Of a stretch of 64,000 nucleotides of DNA, positions 34,400-46,967 are shown in pieces. Made by a program: the position numbers and the translations under genes. Every line of letters starts with the position of its first letter. The first letter of the stretch is position 1. Source of the stretch: Squalus acanthias (lineage: Eukaryota); the NCBI GenBank assembly GCA_030390025.1, contig CM059452.1, positions 9,672,001-9,736,000 of the forward strand, given 5' to 3'. The notes beneath the pieces were generated by a model. It saw only the letters and a list, made by a program, of their open reading frames with translations. It did not search any database and was not told the DNA's origin.

Positions 34400-34915
34400 C
34401 TGCAGAACAATTACAATAAAGGTCAATAAACTGGAGAATTCCAGAGACAATGAAACCGGCGGTTAGATGTGAGAGAAATGTGCTTTGCGCTGAATTTAAA
34501 GGATTCCCTTTTCCCCTCTGTGTCCTGTCCGGTTTTCCAGCCTGGAGCAGAGCGGGATACAATCCTTCTCTCTGGGAGCTTGAAGAGTTGGACTGGAAAA
34601 TTATATAGAATTTACATCATAGAAACAGACCATTCGGCCCAACTGGTCAATGCCGCTGTTTATGCTCCACACGAGACTCCTCCCACCTTACTTCATCTAA
34701 CCCTAATAACATATCCTTCTATTCATTTTCCCCTCATGTACTTATCCAGCTTCCCCTGAAATGCACCATCTCGGGTCCCTGAGGGTTTAGTTAGTGGAAT
34801 TACCAATTGAATTATCAGAGCAGTCCATTAAAACACTGAATAGAATGAATTGGGCCGTGCACAACACCGGAAATAGTCACAGAGTCTCACTTATTGCTAC
34901 AATCTCACCGCTCAC

Positions 34916-35224
34916 CTTTTTCCTTGTGGATGGAATCTCTTATAGGAGTCGGCATATCCTGATGGCTCACCACGCAGTAGAACTCATCCCCACTCAGCCA
35001 GGCTTGTGTCGAGATGTTTAAGTTGCTGATCACGCTGTTGGGAGCCTCTCCGGGTTGGACGGCAATCTCTGATTTCAAAGTCTCCTTTTCTCGGGTCCAG
35101 GACACGTTGACTCCATAAGGAGCATTAGACACGACGCAGGTTAAGGTCACCGTCGCCTCCAGTAAGACCTGTTCTAGTGACGGTTGCGGAAGAGTGATTT
35201 CTGGATCGTTGCATGAGGAACCAT
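34916..35224 (-). CDS. IGHM: IgM Cmu3
   Basis: [33 protein letters not shown]...FYCVVSHQD...HKEK; 309 nt, phase 1-1. Confidence 0.96.
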
Positions 35225-35924
35225 CTGTGAACAGAAATGAAAGTCAAGCAAAGCTTCATCTTCAGAATCAGGACACCAGTATTCAGCCTTCACTCTCTCA
35301 GGGAGAATAAATCACCTTTGAGATATCAACCTCTCGTTGCTGCTTAAACACCATCGTTATTGGAAGGACAACGCATTGAAAATGATTCCGGGAGACTTTT
35401 TAACATTTCCGGTGTAGTTGCTCCCAGAGCCTCCTGTAATGGGCTGTGAAGCAAATACCCGGCGTAAAAATGAATAAATTCGGGCGCAATTGTGTTACGC
35501 ACTGAGTAGCGCTCTTCCTGAAATCCCTTGCTCCTTTACGCCCGTCTATAGATCCTTGTGCCCGAACGCATTCCCGCTCATTATATTGGCTCCGCCCCCA
35601 GGGTCAAGAGCTCTACACGAAAATTACACTGGTTCAAAACGGGTGTCAAATGATATCCAGGATTTTAGGTGCAACAGGAAACAAAGTTAATTTTCTGATG
35701 TCTTGTTGCGATTTTGGGGGCGATGAAAATGTGCAGGAACCAGTTACAGCCCCTGTCAGAGGAGAAGTGAAAGGTCGGGAGAATGGAGTTCCAAGGGGTC
35801 TTTGGGAGGTGAATAATGTGTAATGCCGATGTGAAGTAGTTGGTTCATTTCTGTCATTAGTGAGCACTTAACATGTCTGGTGAGAGAGAGTCAGAAGGAA
35901 ATATGACCGCAGGGCAGTAATAAC

Positions 35925-36470
35925 AACAGAGGAACAGGAGTAGGCCATTCGGCCCATTCAGCCTGTTCCGCCATTCAATGTGATCATGGCTGATCTACAC
36001 CTCAACACCATCTACCCGCCTTGGTTCTGTAACCCTTGATACCCTTGCCTAACAAACATCTATCAATCGCAGTTTTAAAATGTTCAATTGTCCCCCAGCC
36101 TCAACAGCATTTGGGGGGAGAGAGTTCCAGATTTCCACTGTCCTTTGTGTGAAGAAGTGCTTCCTGACATCACCCCTGAACGGCTCGGTTCTAATTTTAA
36201 GGTTATGCCCCTTGTTCTGGACTCCCGCACCAGAGGAAATAGTTTCTCTCTATCTCCCCTATCAATTCCATTTATCAACTTAAACACCTCAATTAGATCA
36301 CCTCTTAATCTTCTATACTCAAAGGAATACAAGCCTATTCTGTGCAACCTCTCCTCATAATTTAACCATTTCAGCCCCGGTATGATTCGGGTGAATTTGC
36401 GTTGCACCCTCTAAAGCCAGTATATCCATCCTGATGGCGGTGCCCAGAATTGAACGCAGTTCTCTAAATA
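35925..36470 (-). mobile_element. CR1 3' fragment
   Basis: QRKFTRIIPGL...RRLRGDLIEVFK. Confidence 0.88.
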
Positions 36471-36669
36471 GGGTAGATGTCCTTTCCAGCAGTGGGCCCC
36501 GAGACAGTTACCAGTAAAGGGTTCCAGACACCTACTGCCGCTCCGAATATGATCAGCCAACTCAGGATAAACCTGAGACCAAGGACACCTCATGTACTCT
36601 CTGACATCAGAGCAGAGGGAAACCTTCTTTGGCGAGGTTATGGAATCCTGAGCCATGAGGAATCCTGAT

Positions 36670-37077
36670 TCAGAGGATCGTGGGTTCAAGTCGCACTCCA
36701 GATACTTGAACACAAAATGTGAGCTGACACTCCCAGTGCAGCACTGAGGGAGCGCTGCATTGTCGTCTTCTGGATCAGACGTTAAACCGACGTCTGCTCT
36801 CTCAGGTGGACATAAACGATCCCATGGCTCTATTTGGAGGAAGAGCGGGGCAGTTCTCCCAGGTGGCCTGGCCAATACCTATCCATCACCAAATAATAAG
36901 ATTATCTGATCATTATTACATTGCTGTTTGTGGGACCTTACTGTCTGCAAATTGGCCGCCGCGATTTCTACATTACAACAGTGACCACATTTCAGGAAGT
37001 ACTTCCTTGGCAGTAAAGCGCTTTGGGACGTCCAGAGGTCGGGAAAGGCGCTATGTAAAGGCAGTTCTTTCTTTTAT
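36670..37077 (+). mobile_element. tRNA-derived SINE
   Basis: B box gggttcaagtc, central gcagcactgagggagcgctgca, 3' end gcgctttgggacgtcc...aaggcgctatgtaaa...ttcttt. Same family as 61905-62365 (-) and the tail at 1-41. Confidence 0.75.
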
Positions 37078-37379
37078 TTTATATCGGAAGAAAACACAAA
37101 CAGCATGATTGTAAATTAGAAATAGAGCTTTCTCAGGGTAAACCTGAGACTGAGGACACCTCACTCACTGTCTGACATCACAGCTGAGGGAAATCTTTGG
37201 CGAAGTGCTGGAATCCTGAACCGTGAGGAACCCTGAGTCAGCACTGACATCGGAAGGAAACACACACTGTGTGATTGGAAATTAGAAATATTTCTGTGCT
37301 TTTTACGAATTCCAATAAAATTGCTGGCAGAGATCAGCGGTCAGAATGGTCTGGGACTTCTCGGGTTTGTGTCTCTTAC

Positions 37380-37691
37380 CCTGAGATCTGGAGATGTTTC
37401 GGCTTTGGGTGACCCCTTGATGAGAGACCTGGCAGGTATAGACCGAGCCAGCGAACCATTCCCCGGCGGGGAATGTCAGCCGACTGGTCGCCGAGAAGTT
37501 CCCGTTCACTTCAAAGACGGGAGAGGTGACGAAGCCCGAATCCATGAGCTGTCCTTTCTTCAGCCAATTCACGGTTATTGACTTTGGACGGAAATCGATG
37601 ATTGAACACACGGCGGTTACAGACCTGCTGCTGATGATTTCTTCACTGGAACTCAGGGTGAGGATCACAGTTGGATGATGTACCACACGAT
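37380..37691 (-). CDS. IGHM: IgM Cmu2
   Basis: [12 protein letters not shown]...[16 protein letters not shown]...YTCQVSHQG...SRSQ; 312 nt, phase 1-1. Confidence 0.96.
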
Positions 37692-37751
37692 CTGGAAGAA
37701 AATACATTTTATTGGGATTATGTTGCAATTAAGAACTGTAAAGCGGTTTTT

Positions 37752-38760
37752 TACATAGAATCTACAACACAGAAACAGGCCACTCGGCCCAACAGGTCGG
37801 TGTTTATTCTCCACATGAGCCTCCTCTCTCCCTACTTCATCTCCCCATCAACATAACCTTCTATTCCTTTCTCCCTCCTGTACTTATCTAGATTCCCCTG
37901 AAACGCATCTATTCTATTCGCCTCAACTACTCCATGTGGTGGCGAGTTCCACATTCTACCCACTCTCTGGGTAAAGAAGTTTCTCCTGAATTCCATATTG
38001 GATTTATTAGTGATTATCTTATATTTATGATCCCTAGTATCGGGTTCCTCCTCAAGCAGAAATATTATCTCTACATCTAACCTTTCAAACACCTTCAGAA
38101 TTTTAAAGACCTCTATTTGGTCACCCCTCAGACTTCTCTTTTCGAGAGAAACGATCCCAAGCCCGTTCAATCATTCTTGACAGTTACAATTTTTCTTTCT
38201 GGTATCGTCCTTGTAAATCTTTTTTGCACTTCTCCAGTGCCTCTGTATCATTCATATAGTATGGAAACCAGAACTATAGACAGTACTCTAAGTGTGATAT
38301 GGAGACCAGACCTGTACACAGTGCTCTAAGTGTGATATGGAGACCAGACCTGTGCACAGTACTCTAAGTGTGATATGGAGACCAGGCCTGTACACAGTGC
38401 TCTAAGTGTGATATGGAGACCAGACCTGTGCACAGTAATCTAAGTGTGATATGGAGACCAGACCTGTGCACAGTACTCTAAGTGTGATATGGAGACCAGA
38501 CCTGTACACAGTACTCTAAGTGTGATATGGAGACCAGGCCTGTACACAGTGCTCTAAGTGTGATATGGAGACCAGACCTGTGCACAGTACTCTAAGTGTG
38601 ATATGGAGACCAGACCTGTGCACAGTACTCTAAGTGTGATATGGAGACTAGGCCTGTACTCAGTACTCTAAGTGTGATTTGGAGACCAGACCTGTGCACA
38701 GTACTCTAAGTCTGGTCTAACCAAAGTTGTATAGAAGTTGAACATAACTTCTCACCTTTT
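37752..38760 (-). mobile_element. CR1 3' fragment containing an internal minisatellite
   Basis: SLEKRSLRGDQIEVFKI...RNFFTQRV and 3' tail. Confidence 0.85.
38270..38715. repeat. 38-bp minisatellite, ~11-12 copies
   Basis: Unit cagtactctaagtgtgatatggagaccagacctgtaca. Confidence 0.95.
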
Positions 38761-38792
38761 CACAGTTTCCCCCTGTATCCCACAACACTAAC

Positions 38793-39092
38793 CTGGCATT
38801 TTGACGCTTAAGTCCGACCCACTTTGTCGAACCTGGCAGTAGATGGCGCTGCTCCCCACCTCTGACTCGGTGATGGTTAACTGGCTGCTCAGGGTGTAGG
38901 TTCCCTTCTTGTTGAACACTGACGGGTAGGTCTTCAATCCAGTGGTGATCGGCTCTTTATCTTTACTCCAGGAAAGGCTGGTGATTTCCGGGAAGTAATC
39001 CATCGCCAAACAGCCGTAGGTGACGGGGCCGCCGGTGTTGGGTTGTTCACAGGAGGAGAGCAGGGCGTAGAGGGTGGGAGGAGACTGTGTCG
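38793..39092 (-). CDS. IGHM: IgM Cmu1
   Basis: [17 protein letters not shown]...[10 protein letters not shown]...IYCQVRQ...KMP; 300 nt, phase 1-1; N-terminal light-chain-linking Cys present. Confidence 0.96.
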
Positions 39093-40859
39093 CTGGGAAA
39101 GAATGGCCCATTGAACAAGTTAGACTCTGTAATCCGTGCTTATAACATAACCAAACAACTCGAAATGTGACTACAGGATGAACTAATTCCATCATTTGCC
39201 GATCAAAACCTACATCAGTATTTGAGTTTCTGTGAGTTGTGAGACCCGACGTGAAATGCCTTCATGTGACTCCAGTCTTGTACATAAGAAAAGTCAGGAG
39301 TCTGAAAGGGGCATTCTGTCCCTGAGGCCCCTTTATACCGAGTGAATGCCGAAATATTGTATCGTGGACTTCCTCCAGCTCTTGATCCCCTGTTATGGAA
39401 CACTCCCCTCATTCCTCAACCACTTTCACATTAGATTCTTTCAGATTCTGTCCACTGAGCTCCTCCCTACATCCTTTTGCTGTCAGCCTCTTATTATCAG
39501 CACAGAATCAGGCCATTCCATGATAAAGTGTCGTCATCTCTCCATTGTAAGATGCTGCCTTAAAACCTACCTCTTTGACCAAGCTTTTGGTCAACTGTCA
39601 GAGTAACTACCAACCATACTAAAGAAAAACATTGATATCTCCTTATGTGGCTCGGTGTCAGATTGTATCTGCTGACGCTCCTGTGAATCGTCTTGGGACG
39701 TTTTACTACGTTAAAGGCGCTATATAAATGCAAGTTGTTGTTTTCAGGGGATAGACTTGTTTGAATAGCGGTGGGATTAGTTCTCCTAATCACACAACTC
39801 CTACAGCTAGATCTACTAGTTGTATTACTTTTAACACAAATCCCAGCATGTTTATAGAGCATGACCAGAATTATAAAATATTACAACTTTACAGCACAGA
39901 AGGAGGCGATTCGGCCAATCGCTCCTCTGAAAGATCTCTTCACCAATCCCGTGCACCTTCCAATTCCCAATCTTCTCAACTGTGCAATTTTATCGAGCTA
40001 TTGTGGATTCTGCATGCAGCCCTCTTTCTGATAGGACATCCCATGTTCAACAGCCCCCTGTGTAGAAAAGTAGAATAATATCCTCTCCCTTCATTCTGTT
40101 GTTGCTGATGTTCAATCAGTACCATTTACTCACCAACTCACCGACCCGGGGAAATATGTGTCCCGAATCCCTTCATAAAACCCTTCATAATTCCAAACCC
40201 CTCTATCAGACCTCCTCTAAATCTTCTTTGTTCCCATGACAATAAAGGACGTTTACAATAAATGGTTGAAGTCTCCTTTAAAATGTGAGCGGAATAATTT
40301 AGCGCACAGATTTGAATTGGGAACTTTTGCACAGCCTGGTTTCTAAGATTCAAGCTTTAGCTGAATCGGGATTGATTCGAGTCTCTCTCTTTCCTTCTCA
40401 GAATTGGAGGGAGAGCGATGCAGTGTGACTTGTGCTCTATCCCATTCTACTGAATGGATGTCTCCTGACTTTCCTCCTCTTAATCACTCAAAATTAAATA
40501 ATCCGAATTAAATACAATTCCCAAAGCCGGTTATATGGAACGATGCTCTTTAAATGCTCCATTTCATTTTCCAAATTACTTTCCAACCTCCCACCAGTGA
40601 GAACAGGCGCTGCTTTCTGGGTCGTTACAGTCACTTCTTGTTGCTGTTTCTACCGAACATAATCTAAACATCGGGACAGGTTTCTTCTCTAAATATCTAA
40701 TATTGGCAATCCTTAAACATTATAAATCGATTGGTTATCAGCGGGTTCTATGCAAGGAAGGACAAACAATAACTAATCTGCTGACTGCTGATATGGGCAA
40801 CTCTGGCTTCTGGTTTGTGCGGGGGTGCAAGAGCAGAGGGACCTGGGGAGCTTATTCAC

Positions 40860-41490
40860 AAATCTGTGAAGGTGGCAGGGCAAGTTGATCAGGCGGTTCC
40901 GGAAGTGTGTGGGATACTTGCCACTGCAATAGGGGCATTGAATAGAAAAACAAGGAAGTCCTGCTAAACCTTTACAAATCACTGGTTAGGCATCAGATGG
41001 AGTAGTGTATAGAATTCTGACACCACAATTTAGGAAGGATGACAAGGCCTTGGAGAGGGTACAGAGGAGGTTGACCAGGATGATACCGGGGGATGAGAGA
41101 CTTCAGTTATGCAGAGAGATTGGATACGCTGGGATTGTTCCTTGGAGCAGAGAAGGTTAAGGGGAGACCTAATAGAGCTGTTCAAAATTGAGGGAGGTTT
41201 TGTCAGAGCAAGTCGGGAGAAAAGGTTTCTTCTGGCGAGTATGTCGGTAACCAAAGGTCACAGATTTAAAATAATTGGCAAAATATCTAGAGGGGAAATG
41301 AGGCTCATTTTTTCAAACAGAGGGTTGTTAATTTCTGGAATGCACGAGGCAACTGGACATGTCCTTGAAGAGGACTCAGTGGAGGGTTACGAGGAAAAAG
41401 CTGGGACTTGATTGGACAGCTCTTTCAGAGCCAGCACAGGTAAGACGGGCCGAGCGGCCCCTTCTGTGCTCTGAGATTCTGTGATTCTAC
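40860..41490 (+). mobile_element. CR1 3' fragment
   Basis: ALERVQRRLTRMIP...LEQRRLRGDLIELFK. Confidence 0.82.
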
Positions 41491-42339
41491 ACGGCTCAGC
41501 GGAATTAGTTCTTCCCGATTTAATGGAAGGAAACGCTTCATAATGTTGAACACCTCTATCAGATCTATTTTATTGTTTGTTATAATGCAAGAGGATGTTT
41601 AAAATAAAGGAACTGAGGAATTTGACACAAATGATTCAATCGGATACTGTCACAGAGTCTTAAAGCTTATTGTGAATGACGACTCATCGCAGGCTGACTG
41701 TTTCTCTTTAAATGTTCCACAGAGGTGCGGCTCAGTGACTGTGAGCCTTGTGCTGTGACCCAGTCCAATAGCTGCACCTCACCCGAGTTTGTCCCTGCCT
41801 GTTACCTTTTTAAAAAACAATTGAACGATATAATGCTTTCAAACATAAGGTTCCCAGGATGGTTATTTGGAGCGGGAGTCTCGACATTCTCCATTTAAAT
41901 TCTCAAAATAACTTCCCGCCTCCCATCAGATCAGAACAGGCGCTGCTTTCTGGAGCGTTACAGTCACTTCCTGAAACTGTTTGTTCTGAAAGTGAGCTCA
42001 GGATCCGGCCAATCTCATTCAATCATTATCTGATACTCAAAATGTTTAAAGTTTATTAATTCATTTAAAATGGGCAGTTTTATTTGCAATAAGGTTAAAC
42101 TCAATTAATGCGCGGTTGTTTCATCGGAGCAATGGAAAGTTTTATCTTTATATATCTGGCTCGGAAACTCACACTTTATTAGTTGGATGCACATTAAGGT
42201 TCCTTGAACAACACGGGACAAAGCACTCACAGATCTGTTACAGTACAGATAGAGGGTAAAGCTCCTTCTGCACTGCCCTGCCATCCGCTGTACCCTCAGG
42301 AAAAGGAAGAGATTGATTCCGAGCAACGCCAAGTCTACA

Positions 42340-43610
42340 CAGTACTGTCAAACACTCCGGGTAAGGCACCGCACTGGTTAAATACAGAGTAAAGCCCCAT
42401 CTACATTGCACAATCAAACATTCCCAGGGCAGGTACAACATCGGCTCGATACAGAGTAAATTCTCCCTCTACACTGAACCATCAAAGATTCACGGGGCAT
42501 AACAGCACGGGTTCGATACAGAGTAAAGCTCCGTCTACACTGTCCAATCAAACACTCCCAGGGCAGGTACAGCACGGGTTAGATACAGAGTAAAGCTCCC
42601 TCTACACTGTCCCATCAAACACTCCCAGGGCAGGTACAGGACGGGTTCGATACAGAGTAAAGCTCCCTCTACACTGTCCAATCAAACACTCCCAGGGCAG
42701 GTACAGTACGGGTTAGATACAGAGTAAATCGCCCTCTAAACTGTCCCATCAAACAATCCTAGGGCAGCTACAGCACGGGTAAGACACAGAGTAAAGCTCC
42801 CACTACACTGTCCCATCAAACACTCCCAGGACAGGTACAGCACGGGTTAGATACCGAGTAAAGCTCCCACTACACTGTCCCATCAAACACTCCCAGGACA
42901 GGTACAGCACGGGTTAGATACAGAGTAAAGCTCCCTCTACACTGTTCCATCAAACACTCCCAGGGCAGGTACAGCACGGGTTCGATACAGAGTAAAGCTC
43001 CGTCTACACTGTCCAATCAAACACTCCCAGGGCAGGTACAGTACGGGTTAGATACAGAGTAAATCGCCCTCTAAACTGTCCCATCAAACAATCCTGGGGC
43101 AGCTACAGCATGGGTTAGACACAGTAAAGCTCCCTCTACACTGTCCCATCAAACACTCCCAGGGCAGGTACAGCACGGATTAGATGCAGAGTAAAGCTCC
43201 CTCTACACTGTCCCATCAAACACTCCCAGGACAGGTACAGCACGGGTTAGATACAGAGTAAAGCTCCCTCTACACTGTCCCATCAAACACTCCCAGGGCA
43301 GGTACAGCACGGGTTAGATACAGAGTAAAGCTCCCTCTACACTGTCCCATCAAACACTCCCAGGGCAGGTACAGCACGGGTTAGATACAGAGTAAAGTTC
43401 CCTCTACACTGTCCCATCAAACACTCCCAGGGCAGGTACAGCACGGGTTAGATACAGAGTAAAGCTCCCTCTACACTGTCCCATCAAACACTCCCAGGGC
43501 AGGTACAGCACGGGTTAGATACAGAGTAAAGCTCCCTCTACACTGTCCAATCAAACACTCCCAGGGCAGGTACGGCACGGGTTAGAAACTGATTAAAGCT
43601 CCTTCTACAG
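42340..43610. repeat. 67-bp satellite, ~19 units, in the JH-Cmu intron
   Basis: Unit cactcccagggcaggtacagcacgggttagatacagagtaaagctccctctacactgtcccatcaaa; period 67 (43261/43328). Confidence 0.95.
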
Positions 43611-46600
43611 TCTGCCAGACGTGTTTCTGAAATGCTCCTTCTGAATGTCACAAACTGGGTTACTGAGTCCAGTTCGGAGGCGCCTCCTCAAACTTAAAGT
43701 CAAACTATCGCATTTCTCACAGATACAAGCTTCTGAAATAAGTGAGTCGAATTATACTCCATGAAACACAAGAGAACAAACCAGCAGGTTTACAAGCCAG
43801 TCAGGAGGACTCCTGATTCTCACACAGTGAGCAGGCGCACAGAAACAGAACAGACACAAACGGTGCAACAATCGTGCTCTCAGCAGATAGATCTCTTCAA
43901 TCTGTCAATTTCAATGAAGCTGATTTCTAATTGATCTCTTGTCAATTTCCGACCACCTCAAGGGTCTGCACGTTTTTTGAAATTAAACTGATCTTAATTT
44001 GAAAAAGTTCTTCGACTTCCAACCATTTCTCCCTCCCTGTCTACAATCTTACAAACCGAGTAAGATTTAGTTTCCCTGAAAACTAGTTTACTGAAATAAT
44101 TCACATTACAGGGTAATTTGCTGCATATAACAGGGACTCCGTGACAGAGCAAGAATTTAACGAACTAGGAACCACTGGTTTTAATATAATTTCATAATTA
44201 AATATAACCGGTAAAATCATCGATACAAAACACGAAGTTAATTCATTAAAATCTGCGGCGACACCTTCTCGAGCTGAGCACAGCTGAGTAAGACATGTAT
44301 TGTTTCTAAATTAATTTTAGACATAATTTAAAATTCTCTCCAACACTTGAGATTTTACAGTAACTGTAATCCTGTCCAGTATACAACGCAATTGTGGGAG
44401 GTCATTTATGTTTAATTAATTCGCACTCACGTTATATTCTAAGTTAATATTGATGTTAGCTACATTATATTAAAATTAGTTGATATTAATTTTAATCCTG
44501 TTTCTGCCTGGTAACTTTTGAACTTATAGGGTTTCAAGTAAATTAACATGACACTTATCAATATTAAAATATTAAAATCATATTAATAGATAAAGACATT
44601 CAGACAAATATATTATTTTTATTTAAATCAAATCACATTTGAATAAGTTAAAATGGTCACTAACTTCTAATACATTCCCGCTCTCTATCTACACACTTGT
44701 AAACTCTGCATGTTTCTGAACTCTCTGATACAACATAAACTCCATCTTTTCTCAGAGTGGATTTCACATGATGGATTTAGGAGTGGACTATTTTAAATAG
44801 TTCAAAGTCTGGCCGTGGTCACATCTCACTAACTACCGATGGACTGTAACACCGTGTGTTTACTAAAGCAGGGCTCTCGAGTTTAAACATTGTCCTCAAT
44901 CTTAACTATAAATACTATTTTCGTGAATTAAAAGACAACCGGCCAGTTTGCAGTCAGTAACAGAGACTCCGCTATTTAATAACACAGACAATCTTTTTAT
45001 ACTTTACTCCCGTAATTCACACAATGCCCGTAAATTAATTATTAAATATATTCTGCTATTTATTGAAAATCAGTTCCAGAATGATCAGTGTAAAACTGGC
45101 GGAGAACAAATCAATCAGACCATCTGCGACACTGAAATTTAATGAGCAAATGGAGGAGAGATTTTGTTGATCAATTTAACATTAATGAGAATTAAACATA
45201 ACTCTCAGATGTAATCTGTTCACTGTCTATAATTCTATCCCGTATACAGCACAGCTATGGGAGACAGGATGTTGTTATTAAATTCAAAACTAATATTAAC
45301 CTTTTGTAATTTAATTAATCTGCTTGAATGTCAATGGGTTATTTGTCTGTCTCCAGCCTTACGCAGTCTGCACCTTCCGTGAATTTAAATAGAATTATAT
45401 GAACAATTCTTTGACTGCCAGCGACCGCTCAGCCTGAGATCTTACAAACTGTTTAAGATTAGTTTAGTGATAATTGTCTCGCTATCAAACAACAAATAAT
45501 ATTGAAGGAATAACATGGTTTCCGCTGCACAGTAAGAATTTAATAACCCGGCAGATTTATTACATTTACAAACTGCAATTTATACTCGCATTTAATGCAT
45601 AATTAAATACAATCTGTCATTCATCTGTGTGAAACAGGGAGATAACAATTAATTTCAAACCCCTCATTAAACTGAACACTGCGGTGGAATCAGTCTGCTG
45701 TTATTAAAATAATTTCAGACATAATCAGAAATTGTCTCCAGCCTCTAAAATTCTCCGCTCAGGTTAATTGTGACCAGTGCTCAGCAGAATTGTGGAAGGC
45801 GAATAATGTTTAATACATTAATATTAATACTGCAACATATTTAGTGATATTGGGCAATATTACCGCATTATAATCGTTTGAGTTATATTAATTTAACTCT
45901 CCTTCAACCTGCAAATTGTTAATTATATAATTCGTAATTACAGTAACATTTCACCTATTAAATGTGAGCACCGTAAACCATAGATTAATAGTTGAATCTG
46001 TAATTCTCACTTCAATAAAAAGATGCATTAAATTATTTTAAAATGATTTTTGATTTATAAAACCTACTTGTCTGCCTAGAATCATCTTTCAAACAGTTTC
46101 AACAGATCAGAAAACCTGCAGCAGTTCGATGTCACCGAGATTAAACATTGCAGAAACTCCAAACAGTTTCACAAACTTTACTTATTCAAAGTAACCCAGG
46201 CACACACTCTCCTCAGCAGATAAACAGCAAATCACATCACTGAGGGGCTGAATCCCGCAACAGAACGTTTTGTGGAGAAGCAGCTTCATTCTATAAACCC
46301 TTTCAGCAGAATCAAATGTAACATTGCAAAAAAATCTCAATACAGAATCCAGCGAACCCATCTATCACTGAACGAATTAATTATTGAAATAAACAAAAAT
46401 ATAAAATAATGACAGTGGAATTGTGAGCAGACGGATCAGGTTTAATAAATTACAATTGATATAGCATATTGTTGTAATATTGGGTGATATTACTACATAT
46501 GATAACTTTATTTATATTAATTTAAATCTCATTCAGGCTACAAATGTGTTGATTATGTAGTTATAAATTACAGTAACATTTCACGTATTGAATATGACCG

Positions 46601-46929
46601 TTGGTGAACATTAGATTAAAAGCTGACAATGTAAATATCACAAATAAAAATACATTAAAATATCTTAAGATTATTTTTGACCGCTAGAGCTTTCTGTTTT
46701 CTGCTTTACAATCTTATTTCAAACACATTTAGTCACATAATGTTTACATTTGATCAGAAAACCTGCAACCATTAGATGTCACCGAGATTAAACATTGTAG
46801 AAACTCCAAACAGTTCAACAACCGTTGGGTATTTAAAGTAATGATGCGGAGATGCCGGTGTTGGACTGGGGTGGACAAAATTGAGAGGTCGCACAACACC
46901 AGGTTATAGTCCAACAGTTTTATTTGAAA

Positions 46930-46967
46930 TCACAAGCTTTCGGAACTATCGCTCCTTCCTCAGGTGA
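46930..46967 (-). ncRNA. Minimal type I hammerhead ribozyme motif, sense to the IgM pre-mRNA
   Basis: Reverse complement UCAC-CUGAGGA-A-GGAGC gaua GUUCC-GAAA-GCUU-GUGA: conserved core, stem I UCAC/GUGA, stem II, palindromic AGCU stem III. Confidence 0.8.
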
